64,000 nucleotides of DNA from Massalongia carnosa (Eukaryota): assembly GCA_965645245.1 (NCBI GenBank), contig OZ287073.1:2480001-2544000 (forward strand), in the 5' to 3' direction. The notes beneath the pieces are model-generated. The model did not search any database and had not been told where the DNA came from. It saw only the letters and a program-made list of their open reading frames with translations. A program made the translations under genes and the position numbers. Within the stretch, counting starts at the first letter, position 1, and each line of letters starts with the position of its first letter. This document shows positions 13,189 to 25,599 of this stretch, in pieces.

Positions 13189-13647
13189 GTCCATGACTGT
13201 TGTCAGTCCAGCCATTCTTGCTAACGGCAAAGGTTGCCTCGGGAAATTCCCCCTTCCAGGCTTTTACTATTCGTATACCTTCGAAGATAATCATGAGCTT
13301 GAACACGCATAATCGAGTAGAAACGAACGCAGGTGCTCCATTTCCTCCAGAATGAACGGAAAAGGCGTTTTTGTCGCATCGTCGCACGATGACCTATACA
13401 AAATAATAAAAATTTTAGCGTAAATATCAAACCTTAAACGCTGAGGCTTAAAACTTTAAATCAAGATTAAATTTTCAACCAATCGATGATCTGAAATGTA
13501 GCCCCGCTCAAGCTTCATTAACCGTAAAACATCTAGTCTCAGATATTTTCTAACCGAAAGTGACTTAGCTGTAAATATGATCACTTACCGAATATTTCCC
13601 GCAACTCCCATCAGATCTCCCTTTTCATCCATGTTATAAACATCACC

Positions 13648-13929
13648 TGTCGCAATGGGTTGAATATCCAATTCCTACCAGCACAATGAACACCTATCAG
13701 TACGATGAACATAGCACCTACGGCTGCCCTAGATAGACAGATCATCTACGGAAACCGTAGATGCCGCATTAGGCTTAGTCCCAAGATAAGATAAGATCAC
13801 CTCGCTTAGAAGGGTGACCAGTAATAGGAAAAGATTGCTGCATAGCAACTCTTCATCCTTAACATCACGGTCATACATACCTTTATTATTACATAGCCAT
13901 ATAGCCATAGTCATATACCTATTTCAACA
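13648..13929. mobile_element. LTR-like insertion in the Fot1-like transposase
   Basis: 282-bp AT-rich insert, TGTCGCAAT...ATTTCAACA (imperfect inverted termini), separating KYGIV from GDVYNMDEKG. No clean TSD. Confidence 0.55.
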
Positions 13930-16812
13930 CAATGCCATACTTGTCCATTGTTCTTCGAACAAGCGAGAACCAATCCTCGAACACTTTGCGATTACTGTTC
14001 CAGTGTCGTTCCTGATCCAAGTGACGAGGAAATCGAGAACGATAGTCCGGATATCGATCAAGAAAGCGCTTCGTCCAATTAATTCCCAAAGATGCAGGAG
14101 ATTCAACGCGAAGTCTCAACAACTTCATGGCCTTTTCACGAACCATATCAAAGCGAGCGGGAAACCCGAAGCAGTGCTCGAATCAATGTAATTAAGAATG
14201 GATTGCTCCTCGCTGTCATCCAAAAGGCGACGAGTCAGACCATACTCCGCGGCATTTCGACTTCCTTTCATTCGACGGGCCACAGTTCCCCTGTTGACCC
14301 CATAAATAAGAGCGACTTCGTTCGCTGTTTTTCTTTTGCTCTTTGCAGCTATGACAGCTAAACCTACACGATCTCCTCTGGAAAGCGGCGCAATCACCCG
14401 CCTGGCCAAAGGCGATGACATGGGCGAGGAAGACAGGGAAGAACATACCGAGTTCATGCGAGGTGGTGAGGGCGATGATGCATAAAAAGCCTCCAACTAT
14501 TCTTTCACTTCTCCGCGAATTTCTTTGCGCACATGGTCCATGGTCATGTCCGGTACGCGTGCGAGACCTGTCCAATAGCCCTCCCGTTCTGACCTGACAA
14601 TATGCCAGTTGACGCAGTAGATCAAGCTCCTTGTCGGGGTCATTATCCTTCAAAGCGGCCTCGAGCTCCGTGTTCAATTGTCGATGCACTCGCTCTCTCC
14701 ACTCCTTTCCAGATATGCCATCTACAAAAGGTTCTTCGACAAACTCTTCGAACTGTCGTCGGATGCGACGGCCTGAACACCGGATTGATTGAACATTGCG
14801 GGAGGGGGGGGGAAGAATAAAAAACGGATGATGACTGGTATCGGGAGTCTCGGAGACTTCGACAAGATCAGAGCATGGAACCTGTACGTTCTCCTGATTG
14901 GAAGAGATGGAAGGGCCCGCGCCGGATGGGGATTTTCAATTGAACTGGCCATGTCGAAAGGTCTTTGAAGAGGCAGGAAAAAGATGGAAGATTGTCCTGG
15001 AATTCGACAATTATACGACTATTTTACCTACAAAAGACAACGAAGATTGGGAGAAATATCCGATGAAAAAAGAGCTTTTATGTTCATTTGGGCCTCTGAT
15101 GATTTCTACTGGGCCTCTGATAATTCCAACTACTTTGATTTTGATCTTGTTTGTAGCTAATCGAACTACCTCATTCAAAATCACACTCTTCATCTCACTA
15201 TAATTAATACTGTCGATCATGAAGCTATTACGAAGAGATTTTTCGCCTGGGGAGACTCGGAAGGCATGGGGAAGTTGAATCAAAAAGGGTGGTTGGTTTG
15301 GGCGCTGGGCGACAAATTGAAACAATTCCTTCGGTTCGGGGTTAGATTAATGGCTGAATAAGAGGCGCCTTTAGTTAGATTCAAGAAGTTATTCATATCG
15401 ACGACGTTGCAGCTGGCGACAGCAAGGTAAATGAAGCAATTCTGGTGTTTAAAGTAGTGGTGTGTGACGAACTAGTGGTGGGTTACGTTAGTTTTTAATG
15501 TTTTATCTAACGTAGTTCAGAGATCACGAGTTCGAAAAATCAATGTTGGAGTTAAAGCAATGAGAGTAATATTAACCGGGAGATATTCGGAAGAGAAGCA
15601 TAGGCAGAATCATATGATGTAGCGTAGAGTAATGCAAACTTCACCATTATTAATATGTTGTCTTCAGTAAGAGAGAGAGATGTTATATTTGCATCTCAGG
15701 CAATGCTTCAGAGGAAAAGACGATAGTAGAACAGGTCAGCAACCCGACAACAGCACAGAAAGGATAAATGAATCAAGCGGAGTGAAAGAAGAACTGCGAT
15801 AAGGGGACTTTTCATTTGAGAAGGTAAGTAGTCCCTGAAACATAACCAATCAACGAGTTTCAACCTCGGCCTAGATGCAACAAGTCTGACTAACGAAGTC
15901 TCGAGACACATGTACACGGTACAGATATATCACACCCAGTCCCCGCTGGTTTCCTCCTTGCTGGCAAGCATCTACCTCGGGTGCAACGATTTTTCTGCTC
16001 TTTAACACAAACATGAATTAGTCACGCAATCGCTCAGTCCAATGTTAGCTGGTTGGCATGTTTTGACAAGAATTAGCATTTAACACATGAGAGCAGAACA
16101 ACGATGACAAAGGCTTGCGCAATCGGATGAACTCTTTCGTCATGATATGAGAAGTGTACTTCATGGGTCAATAAATTGATGCAGAATAATAATCGCTATC
16201 AACAATCGCTGGATCATCATACTTAGCAACAATCTGGAGTTGATGAAAGAGTGAGTCCTGAATCCTCAGGCTCGTAATTTCACTTAAAGCGCTGATGCTC
16301 GACGAATGCTCAGGATTTCTCGGCCCGAAGCACTTCCTTCACCCCTAAGTAGCTATCTGCGATAACAAGACATGATATTTTTATATGCGCATGCTCATGC
16401 TTTGATGAGAGTTGCGAAAATCGAATTAAGTCGAAGTGAGTACAGTCGAGCCATCGGAACGGTGTATCATTCATGAGTCTATGCGCCCAGTGTTGCTGAA
16501 AGATCTACTACTTACGATAATTTTGTCTCTTGGAAATTGCATTTAAAAAGGATTATGCTCAGAAGAAATGAAGGGAGGAGAAAAAATACTATCAGTTTCT
16601 ATGATAGGCAAGGTTGCTCGAGCTGTGGAGAAGGGAGATCATAACATCAGGACTTGTTGATTTCGAGAGGTGGTTATGGACCAGGCAATGACTGTCTGAA
16701 GCCGTCGCTGGAGGAGCGGGCCAGAAGTGGAGAAAGAAGCGTAGGGCCGACAAGATGGGTAAGGTGTTTATATCGTGATGGGATAGGTACTCAATGACAT
16801 GAAAGCTCGTCT

Positions 16813-17045
16813 ATGACATGTTTTTTCATCTTCTCGGCTTTCTCTACGGGGATCAACTCTCTTTACATCTCGAGCCGGATTTTACATGCTCTCGCAAATC
16901 TTCAGAATGTTTGGCCGCAAACGGGCTGGGCGCGCGCTCTCAAGACACAATTGGAGAGGACAACCAGTAAAGGGGTGCCTGTCACTGCCATCTTTTCAGC
17001 TAGCTTTTCGGACTGCTTGAGTTTCTCGCAGTTGAATCTTATCCG
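16813..17045 (+). pseudogene. Amino-acid permease (APC family) gene fragment
   Basis: FSAFSTGINSLYISSRILHALA...LERTTSKGVPVTAI resembles the conserved fungal amino-acid permease segment. No full-length ORF. Confidence 0.6.
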
Positions 17046-17179
17046 TCAACGGTTCGCATCACTCCTTGTGCTCTCATCCTTCCACTCATCCCGTTCCGCT
17101 TCTTCAAATGACACCGAGAAGCCGGGTCGTGGAGTGAAATCTGTTATTGACGCGTTTCTTTCTATTATGGTAGGTCGTT

Positions 17180-18374
17180 AGTGTCCGGATAGGCGAATTT
17201 AAACGAATTTCATAGCAGTATGAATTATCTATTGTTGCTGTTACAAAATCAACGTTTCAGTAAAATGATGCGATTGTTTGTTTACATATAACTAATATTT
17301 AGTATAACCTCTATTTGCATTCAGGACTGCTTGCACTCGACGAGGCATTGACCGCATTAAACTTTCCAAAAACGCCTCCGTTATGTAGTCCCATCCTCCA
17401 AGACAGCATCAACAATGGCCTCTTGAATTTTTGGGGCACTTGCTGACAGAATGCGTAATTCGGGGTATCTTCTAAAGACTATGTTCTCCACTTTCTTCCA
17501 TACCATCTCGATGGGGTTCAAATCGGGGGAGTAGGCCGGCCAATCCAGACCGTTTACCCCTTTTCTTTGAACCAGTCCATTGTCTCTCATATTTTATGTG
17601 TTTTAGCTCCATCTTGCATGAAAACAATGCCCGAATCGTCATCGAGCATGGTAGGAAGATGTTCTTTACAAGCATCGAGTATAATCAACCCTGTGATACC
17701 TTTCTTTCCCGTACTATCTGGATCGGGCTCCAACGAGGTCAAACCACCCCGTCGATTGCCTGCAAAGTAGCCCTAGAACATCTTTGTGACTCTCGATCCA
17801 TTGTTGACTGGTTCGAAGCATTCGTGATCCCATTTCTCATTTGGAAGTCGAAAAACTCACACGTTCTCACTCCCATCCTGTTTGCAAACTGACATCTCAT
17901 CAGACCAACACACTTAAGCCCACTCATCCTCCGAAACATCCTCATATTGACGTGCCCAGCCCAGCCGATCACCAATATGAGCTTCCGTTAACATCGTACG
18001 ATTAGCTGCGCGCCATTTACGAACGTTTTGATCTCGAAGACGTCGTTTCACGGTGGTTCGAGAAACATCGGGCATAATGTTAGCTTGCAACTCCCCCAGA
18101 GGCTGTCGACGACCCTTTGACCCCGATTTAATCGCTGCTCGTATCAAATGACAATCTTCTCGTGCTTTGGAACGACCCCATTGCGGAAACTTTTCGTGTA
18201 TAGTACTAACGGAGGCGCCGGCGAGACCCATACCGTACATTTCAGCTCTGATTATGACGGGCACTTCTTTGCGCGTAGTTTTGGGCTGTTTAGAGCTACG
18301 TGGTAGTGGCATTATGGATTGAAAGGTGGTTTTTTACTTTTCAACTAAAAAAAATTCTCATCTATCCGGAAACT
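17180..18374 (-). mobile_element. Degraded Tc1/mariner (Tc1-like DDE) transposon
   Basis: Minus-strand fragments: HTH (VSRTTVKRRLR), WSDEMS, DWPAYSPDLNPIEMVW. Imperfect TIRs AGTGTCCGGATAG / CTATCCGGAAACT. Confidence 0.85.
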
Positions 18375-18379
18375 TCTGA

Positions 18380-19795
18380 CCCCGCATAATAGTATTCAAC
18401 ACCTCGAGAGCATGACTAAAAGTCTGCTGGAAGCAAAAGGGGACTCAAAACCCCTAGGACATCATTGGTATAAAAACTTCATGAATAGACATCTCCAATT
18501 CAAAACTAAATTCAAAAGAAACTTGGAACAATAGAGAAAAGACGCATGTCATCCCAAAATTCTGAAGGAATGATTTGAACTGTACATGACCACCCGAGCA
18601 AAGTATGGAGTCGCAGATGAAGATATTTACAATATGGATGAAAAGGGTTTTGCCATGGGCATTGCGGATAGTTCTAAAGTGATAGTCAAGAGGAAAACAA
18701 CCCCATTCAATGTGCATCCAGGGAATAGGGACTGGGTTTCTTTAGTCGAATGCATATCCTCTCGCGGAACAGTTCTCCCTGCCTATAACATTTTCCAGGG
18801 TAGTCAGGTTCAAAAAGATTGGTTAGAGGCCATTGCTGATCCTTTGACCACTCTGCAAGTCAGCCCTAATGGTTGGACAGATGCAGAGATAGGTTTTCAT
18901 TGGCTAGAACATGTCTTCCATCCGCAGACAAAACGCACACAGGGGATTTATAAAATGTTGATTGTGGATGGTCATGAAAGTCATATATCCATGAACTTTA
19001 TTAAGTTCTGCGACCAGGAGAGAATCATAGCCCTTTGTTTGCCACCTCATTCTACTTATCTATTGTAGCCATTAGATGTGGGTGTCTTTGGCCCGCTATC
19101 TAAGGCTTATAAGACGCTTGTTTCTGCGCGGTCTCGTTACGGGGCCGTAAATGTCTCGAAATTGGAGTTCCCACACCTTATTTAGGAGGCTAGAGAGCAA
19201 GCTATGAAGTTCATCAATATCATGAATGCATGGCGGGGGGGAGGTCTTATTCCATACAATCCTGAGCATGTTTTAGGCACATTGCCTAGATCTATCATTC
19301 CTTCACCTCGCGACATCGTCACCACTACCCCCACAACGAACAAACGCATTCAGGTAGCTAGCGATGCTTTGTAAACCCGTGTAACTCCATCTCTCCGCGC
19401 GCATGTTGAATTACTTCAAACAACCGCATTGAATGACGTGGCTGATAGAGTTATCCAACGGCATACCAATCAGGAACTAGTTGAAATACAGGCTCAGCGA
19501 CGCCAAAAGGCGTCTAGAAAGGGGTGTGATAAAGCGAGGGTGCTAACTGTGGGTGAACAAAAAGCAAAAAGAGGAAACATTAGCCGGAGAAAAGGAGCGA
19601 TATCATGCTTTTAATGGTAAAGTGAAGTTCGCAAAGGCCATCTGGAAAGAAATGCGTATGGATAGTGATAATTTTTAGTTAATTTTGGGGATGGTAGAAG
19701 CATCGTGGTGATGTTGTTTTGCTTTTGGTGGAGGGGGATAGTTGGCCAGGATATTTTCGATGGGGGTGGCTGGCCCGAACGGGTGGCTTATCCGA
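18380..19795 (+). mobile_element. 5'-truncated Fot1/pogo-like transposase pseudogene
   Basis: YNMDEKGF, SPNGWTD, VDGHESH, LPPHSTYLL*PLDVGVFGPL. Several in-frame stops. N-terminal HTH missing next to the Tc1 TIR. Confidence 0.88.
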
Positions 19796-20105
19796 GGCCG
19801 ATTTTTTTTTTGGGGCCGCGGGATTGAGATTTAGCGTAAAAAATGCTGGCTTGGCGGTCCTTCCAAAAGTGGCCTTATCGCCTGTGACTTTGGGGTATAA
19901 ACCCACTTATAGGCGTTACCCTGCAAAATCGTCACGCTGTATATGGACAATATCGCCCGTGACCAAGCTCCATACCACGATTTTCTCTCCTCGACCCATT
20001 CAGTCGAACTGCAAAAAGCCTGCCTGTCCCCGTTTTGCGCCGCGAGCGACTTGCTGATCAACGAGCGTTCTACATACCACGGATACCCTCTTTGGCGGCC
20101 GCACG

Positions 20106-22933
20106 ATGGACCCTGGCCCCTCCGCTGCAGGCCCCGCTGTCGCAGATCCGGAGACGGCGGCGCCTCTTTCTTGGCCTCCTCCTGAGGCTTACGTTGATGT
20201 CGACGCCGTCAAGCGTGAGTCTCAGGCCTATGCCACCCACGGCAACAACGAGGCCGCCATGGCCGCCACCATGAGGCGCGTCCGCGGGATGCGGGAGGAG
20301 GATCGGAGGGCAAACACCCTTAAGACGTACCGCAAGTGCTGGCATCTGTGGGAGGTGACTACGATAGGTATGCCCTGCAAATTTGGGCTTACGCTAACAT
20401 CCTACAGAAGTGGTGCCGACGTCGCAATTTTCCTGACGGCGTCCTTGTGTGGGAGCGGAAGATGCTCCTCTTCCTCGAAGAGGTCGTCCTCCACCTGCGC
20501 TTCGTCCCACGTCCCAAGCTCACAGGCGCAGCAGCGCAGGCCAGGCGGCGGGATCAGAATCGCCAACGGCAGGCTAAGCGCCGCGCGTTGAAGAGGGGGA
20601 AGGGGAAGGCGATGAAGGCGGTGGAAGCCTCGCCAGCGGTAGAGGGAGAGGAGGTGGAGGAGGTGGAAAAATTCGAGGAACTCTCCGACGGCGAGGAGCT
20701 AGTTGAGACGGTGAGTCGCCCCCTGAACTCGAATTCAGGAATAGAAGCATCTTTTTGTAGCTTACTGACTCGTCTTGCAGCAAGCCGACGATCCTTTATC
20801 CCGGCCCCTGGCGCCCGATAGCGTGGAATCGGGCTACGTCTCTGCCCTCTGCGTCCTCTTCGATGATCAGCATCTCGAAGAGAATTTGGTGGTGCCCCAT
20901 CCCAGAGGGAAGGTCATCAAAGCCCTGATGGCGCGCTTACGCATCGATTGAAGCGCTTTCAAGCGAGCCTCGTTCAAGGATCGCGCGATCCACGGCCTCA
21001 CCGACGGCTACACGACTGAGCAGGCCGCTCAATTGTCGGCAATGCTGCTCGCCGGGGGCAAGGTTTTTGGGGAGGAGGGCGTGGCGGGCGGCGAGTGGCA
21101 TCTTCTGCGGACTCGCCTCGACTTCCTTCTAATGCATTCGATGATGCTGCGGGGGAAGTCAACGCGAAGGGCTGAGCTACCTGACCTCTGCGCCTACGAC
21201 CTTCCTAACGAGGGGTCCGAATGCCTTGCGTTTATCCTTCGAATTGGCCAGGGGAAGAGCGTTCATCTGGCGGACGGGGGCAACTCGCGCCGTCAGCATT
21301 ATCATGGTGATTTGCGGAGCAGAGATGTCGTCCTCTGTCCTCTCGGCGCCCTCGCCCATTGGCTCGTCTTGCGCTGGGACCTCCTTCTGGAGAAGCGGCC
21401 GGACTTCCGAGATCGATCTTCGTGATATTTCACGAAGGTCATCTCCGGGAGCCTGGCGCGATCTAAGGAGAAGATCTCCGACAAAACACAGGCCCGATGG
21501 ATTAAGCCGGCTTTGGATGCTGTCGGCGTCGACAGCTCCAAGACGGTCCACACCATGCGGCAGTCCTCGTCACGGCTGGCCGACATGTGAGAGGTCCCCG
21601 CGGACTAGGCAAGTACTCTATGATTCATGGCCCCTTATACTTACTAGCATTACCCTTATACCAACTACTACAGATCATGAGAGCAGGCGGATGGGAACGT
21701 GGCGTCTGGGCCACTAACTACCTCACCCGCCTGCCGCGTGTCTACATGCGTCGCGCCGCCGGCTTTAGCAACTCCCCAGGGAGTTACTTTTTGAGAAGAG
21801 GAGGACACTCACCGGATCTGGCCCTGCAGCGGCAAGTGTGGTCTTGGGTGGATGACGCTCTAGCGGCGTACAAAGGCGATCTTTTTCCTGATGCGGATGA
21901 GGCAAGGAAGGAGGTTCTAGAGATGTTGCTGCGGCTGCGTTGTGTCTTCCTGCAAGACGCGGTGCTTCTACAGCCTCAGTTTCCTAAGCTTTCGCTCTGG
22001 AGACACCAAGTCTTCAGAGATCCCCTTTGGCCTGCGTTCGCGGCGAAGATACGGGAGTTGGAGGCCGTAAAAAATGAACCTTTGTACGTGGCCATCCATG
22101 GCGTGCTGTCTCTTGTTGCTGACTCCGTTGATGGCGTCAGTAACAAGGTCAGCGGTGTTGCGATCAAGCAAGATCGCACGCTCAACGCTGTGGAGAGGTT
22201 GCTCTCCGGGCAGAGCCAGCTAACGACCATCTTGAGTGCGACGACCATCTTGAGTGCGCTGCCGGCGGCAAATGCCCAGGAGATAGCTCGAGTCCTGGGT
22301 TCGCAGCTCTCACAGTTGCAGGCCACGGTCTCAACGCTACCTCGATCCTTTCTGACGGTTCCTGTGGAGGCTGTTCGGAGGGACTGGCTGCTGGACGAGG
22401 CTTCTTGGCGAGGGCAGGCGACTGCTCTTGCGACGGCGGCGCATTCCGTTAGTGAAGAGCCTGCTGCGTCGGCGTCCTCGTACGTCGACGCAGTCGCTTC
22501 TCTCCTTCCTACACCTTCTGTCGTCCTCACTTCCGTCCCCGGAGAGGCGTCTACAGTCTCTGCGCCCTGTGGCTCCCTCCCCCAAGAGGGGTCGCCTCAG
22601 CGTCCTCCTGACTGCCCGGCGGAGCCCATTCTCGGCGGCGTGACCTCGACGGAGGCGGTGTTGGAGGAATTCGCGGTGGATACGTTGGTGGAGGGGGTCC
22701 GGCGTACGTCTCTCGACGAGTTGGACCACCTCTTCTGGGCTAAGTGGAGGTACACTCCTGCCCTGAGGCAGCGGTTCTACGTCAAAAGACGGATCCGTCG
22801 GTATCTTCAGGGGAAGGCGAATGAGCAGGGGAGGGATTCGTGGGATATTGCGCGGGAAGTTAACAGTTTGGGGTTCTCTGGACATCAGATCTCTAAGCGT
22901 ATTGACGCTGGAGAGGATCTGCTTCGTAGATAG
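20106..22933 (+). mobile_element. Crypton-like tyrosine recombinase element (NDC10_II + GCR1_C type), pseudogenised
   Basis: Spliced fragments: NTLKTYRK/KWC, FLLMHSMMLRGKSTR, CPLGALAHWL..RW..PDF, HTMRQSS, IMRAGGW...NYLTRLP, and C-terminal ELDHLFWAKWR (GCR1_C-like). In-frame stops at 20949, 21423 and 21588. GC-rich relative to its flanks. Element ends not resolved. Confidence 0.8.
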
Positions 22934-25599
22934 TAGATAGGTCAATGATACCTTTCTTTCTCTCTACGAGTACTAGTCATGGAGGCCTGTAACATCGTTT
23001 CTATTAAGAAGCGATCGCTCGTAATGTGCCCGTAGTACCTTCTTCTCGTTCCTGTGACTGGGTGGGACATCTTGTGACGAGGCGTGCAACCGCATCACGT
23101 ATCGCGCCATCAGCGCTACGTTAATTCTACTCGGGGTAAGATGCTTCTTCTATTCAGAAGATGCTATTTTCAGCAAACCCAGTTTTAAAATTCTAGCAAA
23201 ACCCCTTTGTGATTCGATTGCGAAGCGCAAATGTCGACTTTCGCAACAACCAGGGCCAAGCAGGGCGTCGGTTTTGCACGGCGATCCTACACCTCACAGC
23301 ACATCAAATCAGACAATTCAGGCACGGATCTACTCGTTGAAGGATGCCCCATTTGACGGTTTAAATTGCTTCAAAAGAAAAAATTTTCTCGCTGCGCAAG
23401 CGCTGCGCGAGACTTCAACTTCAGGTTACTAAGGCTTATAGCAGTCATGGCAGCCCGCAGGGCTGAGCTAGAACTAATGGGGCTAAGCGAGTATTCTGAA
23501 CACTTTAAGCCTTCATCAATAACTCGTAGCTAGTCAAAGGATCATAAAAACAAATATAAGGATTAAAATCAAGAAGATACACGTCATGTTCCGTAAGGAG
23601 TGAGTCCTTTGTTTCAAAGTCGCTTCGTTGAAGGTTGCAGGATGATTCCACCGCGAGATCATAGCCTACAGAGAAAGCAGAGTTGAAATACATTGCAATA
23701 GACAATATCCTCCATCGGCTATCTCACTCTTCGACAACTCAATCTCAGAGCAAGCAGAATTCATCCGTCAATCAGATAGATCAATTTCTGACATCAAAGG
23801 ACATTCTTCGCTGCTGTTAGCAGGTTTAGGGTTTACAAAGTCTTCCGGATTGATGAACTTTTTTCAAACTGAGGACTTTATAGATTCTATCAGCCGGAAT
23901 AATCTCACTCTTTCACATGTTCAATCACATGCACTCGACATGTCCCCTTTCACATGTCCTCTGTATGTCCCCTTTCACATGTGTACTTAGTTATCATTTG
24001 AGCTATATATTCTGCTCTATCGAGCTCAGTAGTTCAATAAACTCAGTCTCTACTTCAACCCATCCTATGATCTCTCAGATCTCCATAGATTCTCAAGCGG
24101 ATATGTGCGTCACTGCTGCTCTATCACCGGAGGCCAGTTTCACCCGAAATTCAGCTCCAATCTGCCCAAGACCGTATGGTTCCCCGGTGTCAGCCAGTTT
24201 AGTGGTCAAGCAGTAAGCGATATGTAGCTCGGATACGGTAATCTATTAACCGAATCCCAACATTCTAGTAACTGAGAGAATGGGTGCAAAATCCTTTCAA
24301 TGCAAGCAATCATCACCTCAATTCCAAGTGTCAATTTCAAGTGTCTATCTAAAACGTAAATCATTCTCCAATCACCAAGAGCTTAGATCAATAAATCAAG
24401 CTCAATACCCGGTTTTCATGTACGTCCTCAACGCAGACATCTGTGGCGTACATGATACTTTGATTCGCTGTGAAGGCAGCTTATGGGCTTATGATCCCTA
24501 TGGGCTCGGTTTTCTTTACGTCAGCCAATGGATTTGGTCATGAAACATCTACTGACTAGTATAAAGTATGCAGCTACTATTGCTGGAGGGGTTCTGGACA
24601 AGAATGTGCGATGACTATGTATTCTGCTCTGTTGAGATTAGGGGCGCAGGATGATGACTTTGTCTGGAGAACGAGATCGGAAAGCATATAGAAAGAGGCT
24701 TTCTTCGCCGTATATGCAAAGTCTATTTAAACCTCTCTCTCCTTCAGAAGCACTTCCATCTCTCGCCAGGTTGTTAGATTCTTTAATCTCGTTTCTGCTG
24801 CCTTTCATCTTAACATGTGTGATTATACCGAGGTCATATATCAATGTAAACACCCTTGTTATTTAGTTACAGCCTGGTGTGTTATTTATTAGCAAACATA
24901 GAAGAGATGGCCTCTCTGAGTCATTGCGAAGTGAGTTAATGTGTGCCTATATTTTCGAGATCAAAACATTACTGACCTTTTTTTGGGCAGAGAAAACAAG
25001 CCTGAAATGAAATGCAGTGGTTCATCTCTCATCTTAATGACTGTGAGGAATACTTATAAGATAATAAATATAATGAAAGACTGTCTGCCATCTAAAAGCC
25101 ACATATCAAAATTCTCTTCCCAAACGCATATCGAGTATAAGTTAGCTAGTTCGCACGTCTAGAACGCACTTGCTAACGCGAAAGTAGACCTCAAGGCGCT
25201 CAGTCCTCCACTTTCAAATCATAAATTGCAGCTTCTCTCTTCACATTATTTGTTTCAGCTTCTATATTGCTGGATTTTTCCCGCCGCCCTACCCGTCCCC
25301 GGTCGCTCTTGCGCATCACCTTACCACGTCGAGCGTTTCATGCCTCAAGCATCATCACTCAGCTGGCCCTCATGGTCCTTGTCCGACAACTGGTATTTAT
25401 TTCATCGTTCCCCCCGACCTCCAGAATCGGCTGTTCTGCTCAGCTTCCCCTCCGTTCCCATCGTCTCTGACGACCTTTCTCTTCGTGTCCCTCTACCCTT
25501 CATCTTCGCCTTTCCAACCCTCTTATTCTCCCACTTCCATTTTCGCCGTCCCTCCTTCACGTCGATCACCTATCGTCCACGCTCGTCGACTCTAATTTT

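Larger units (their letters stand above)
11375..15488 (-). mobile_element. Degraded Fot1/pogo-like (DDE_1) DNA transposon with both TIRs
   Basis: TIR ACGTAACCCACCAATACTTTAAACACCAGAAT at 11375 and its reverse complement ending 15488 (with an 18-bp insertion). TA on both flanks. Minus-strand transposase fragments: HTH (IYGVNRGTVARR), LGINWTKRF, DVYNMDEKG, SKNGWTD, DGHASH, QPLDVGCF. Confidence 0.88.

Noticed and set aside
23505..23705. DVYLLDFNP resembling a Cdc123/ATP-grasp motif
   Set aside because: A single short motif with no supporting flanking similarity.
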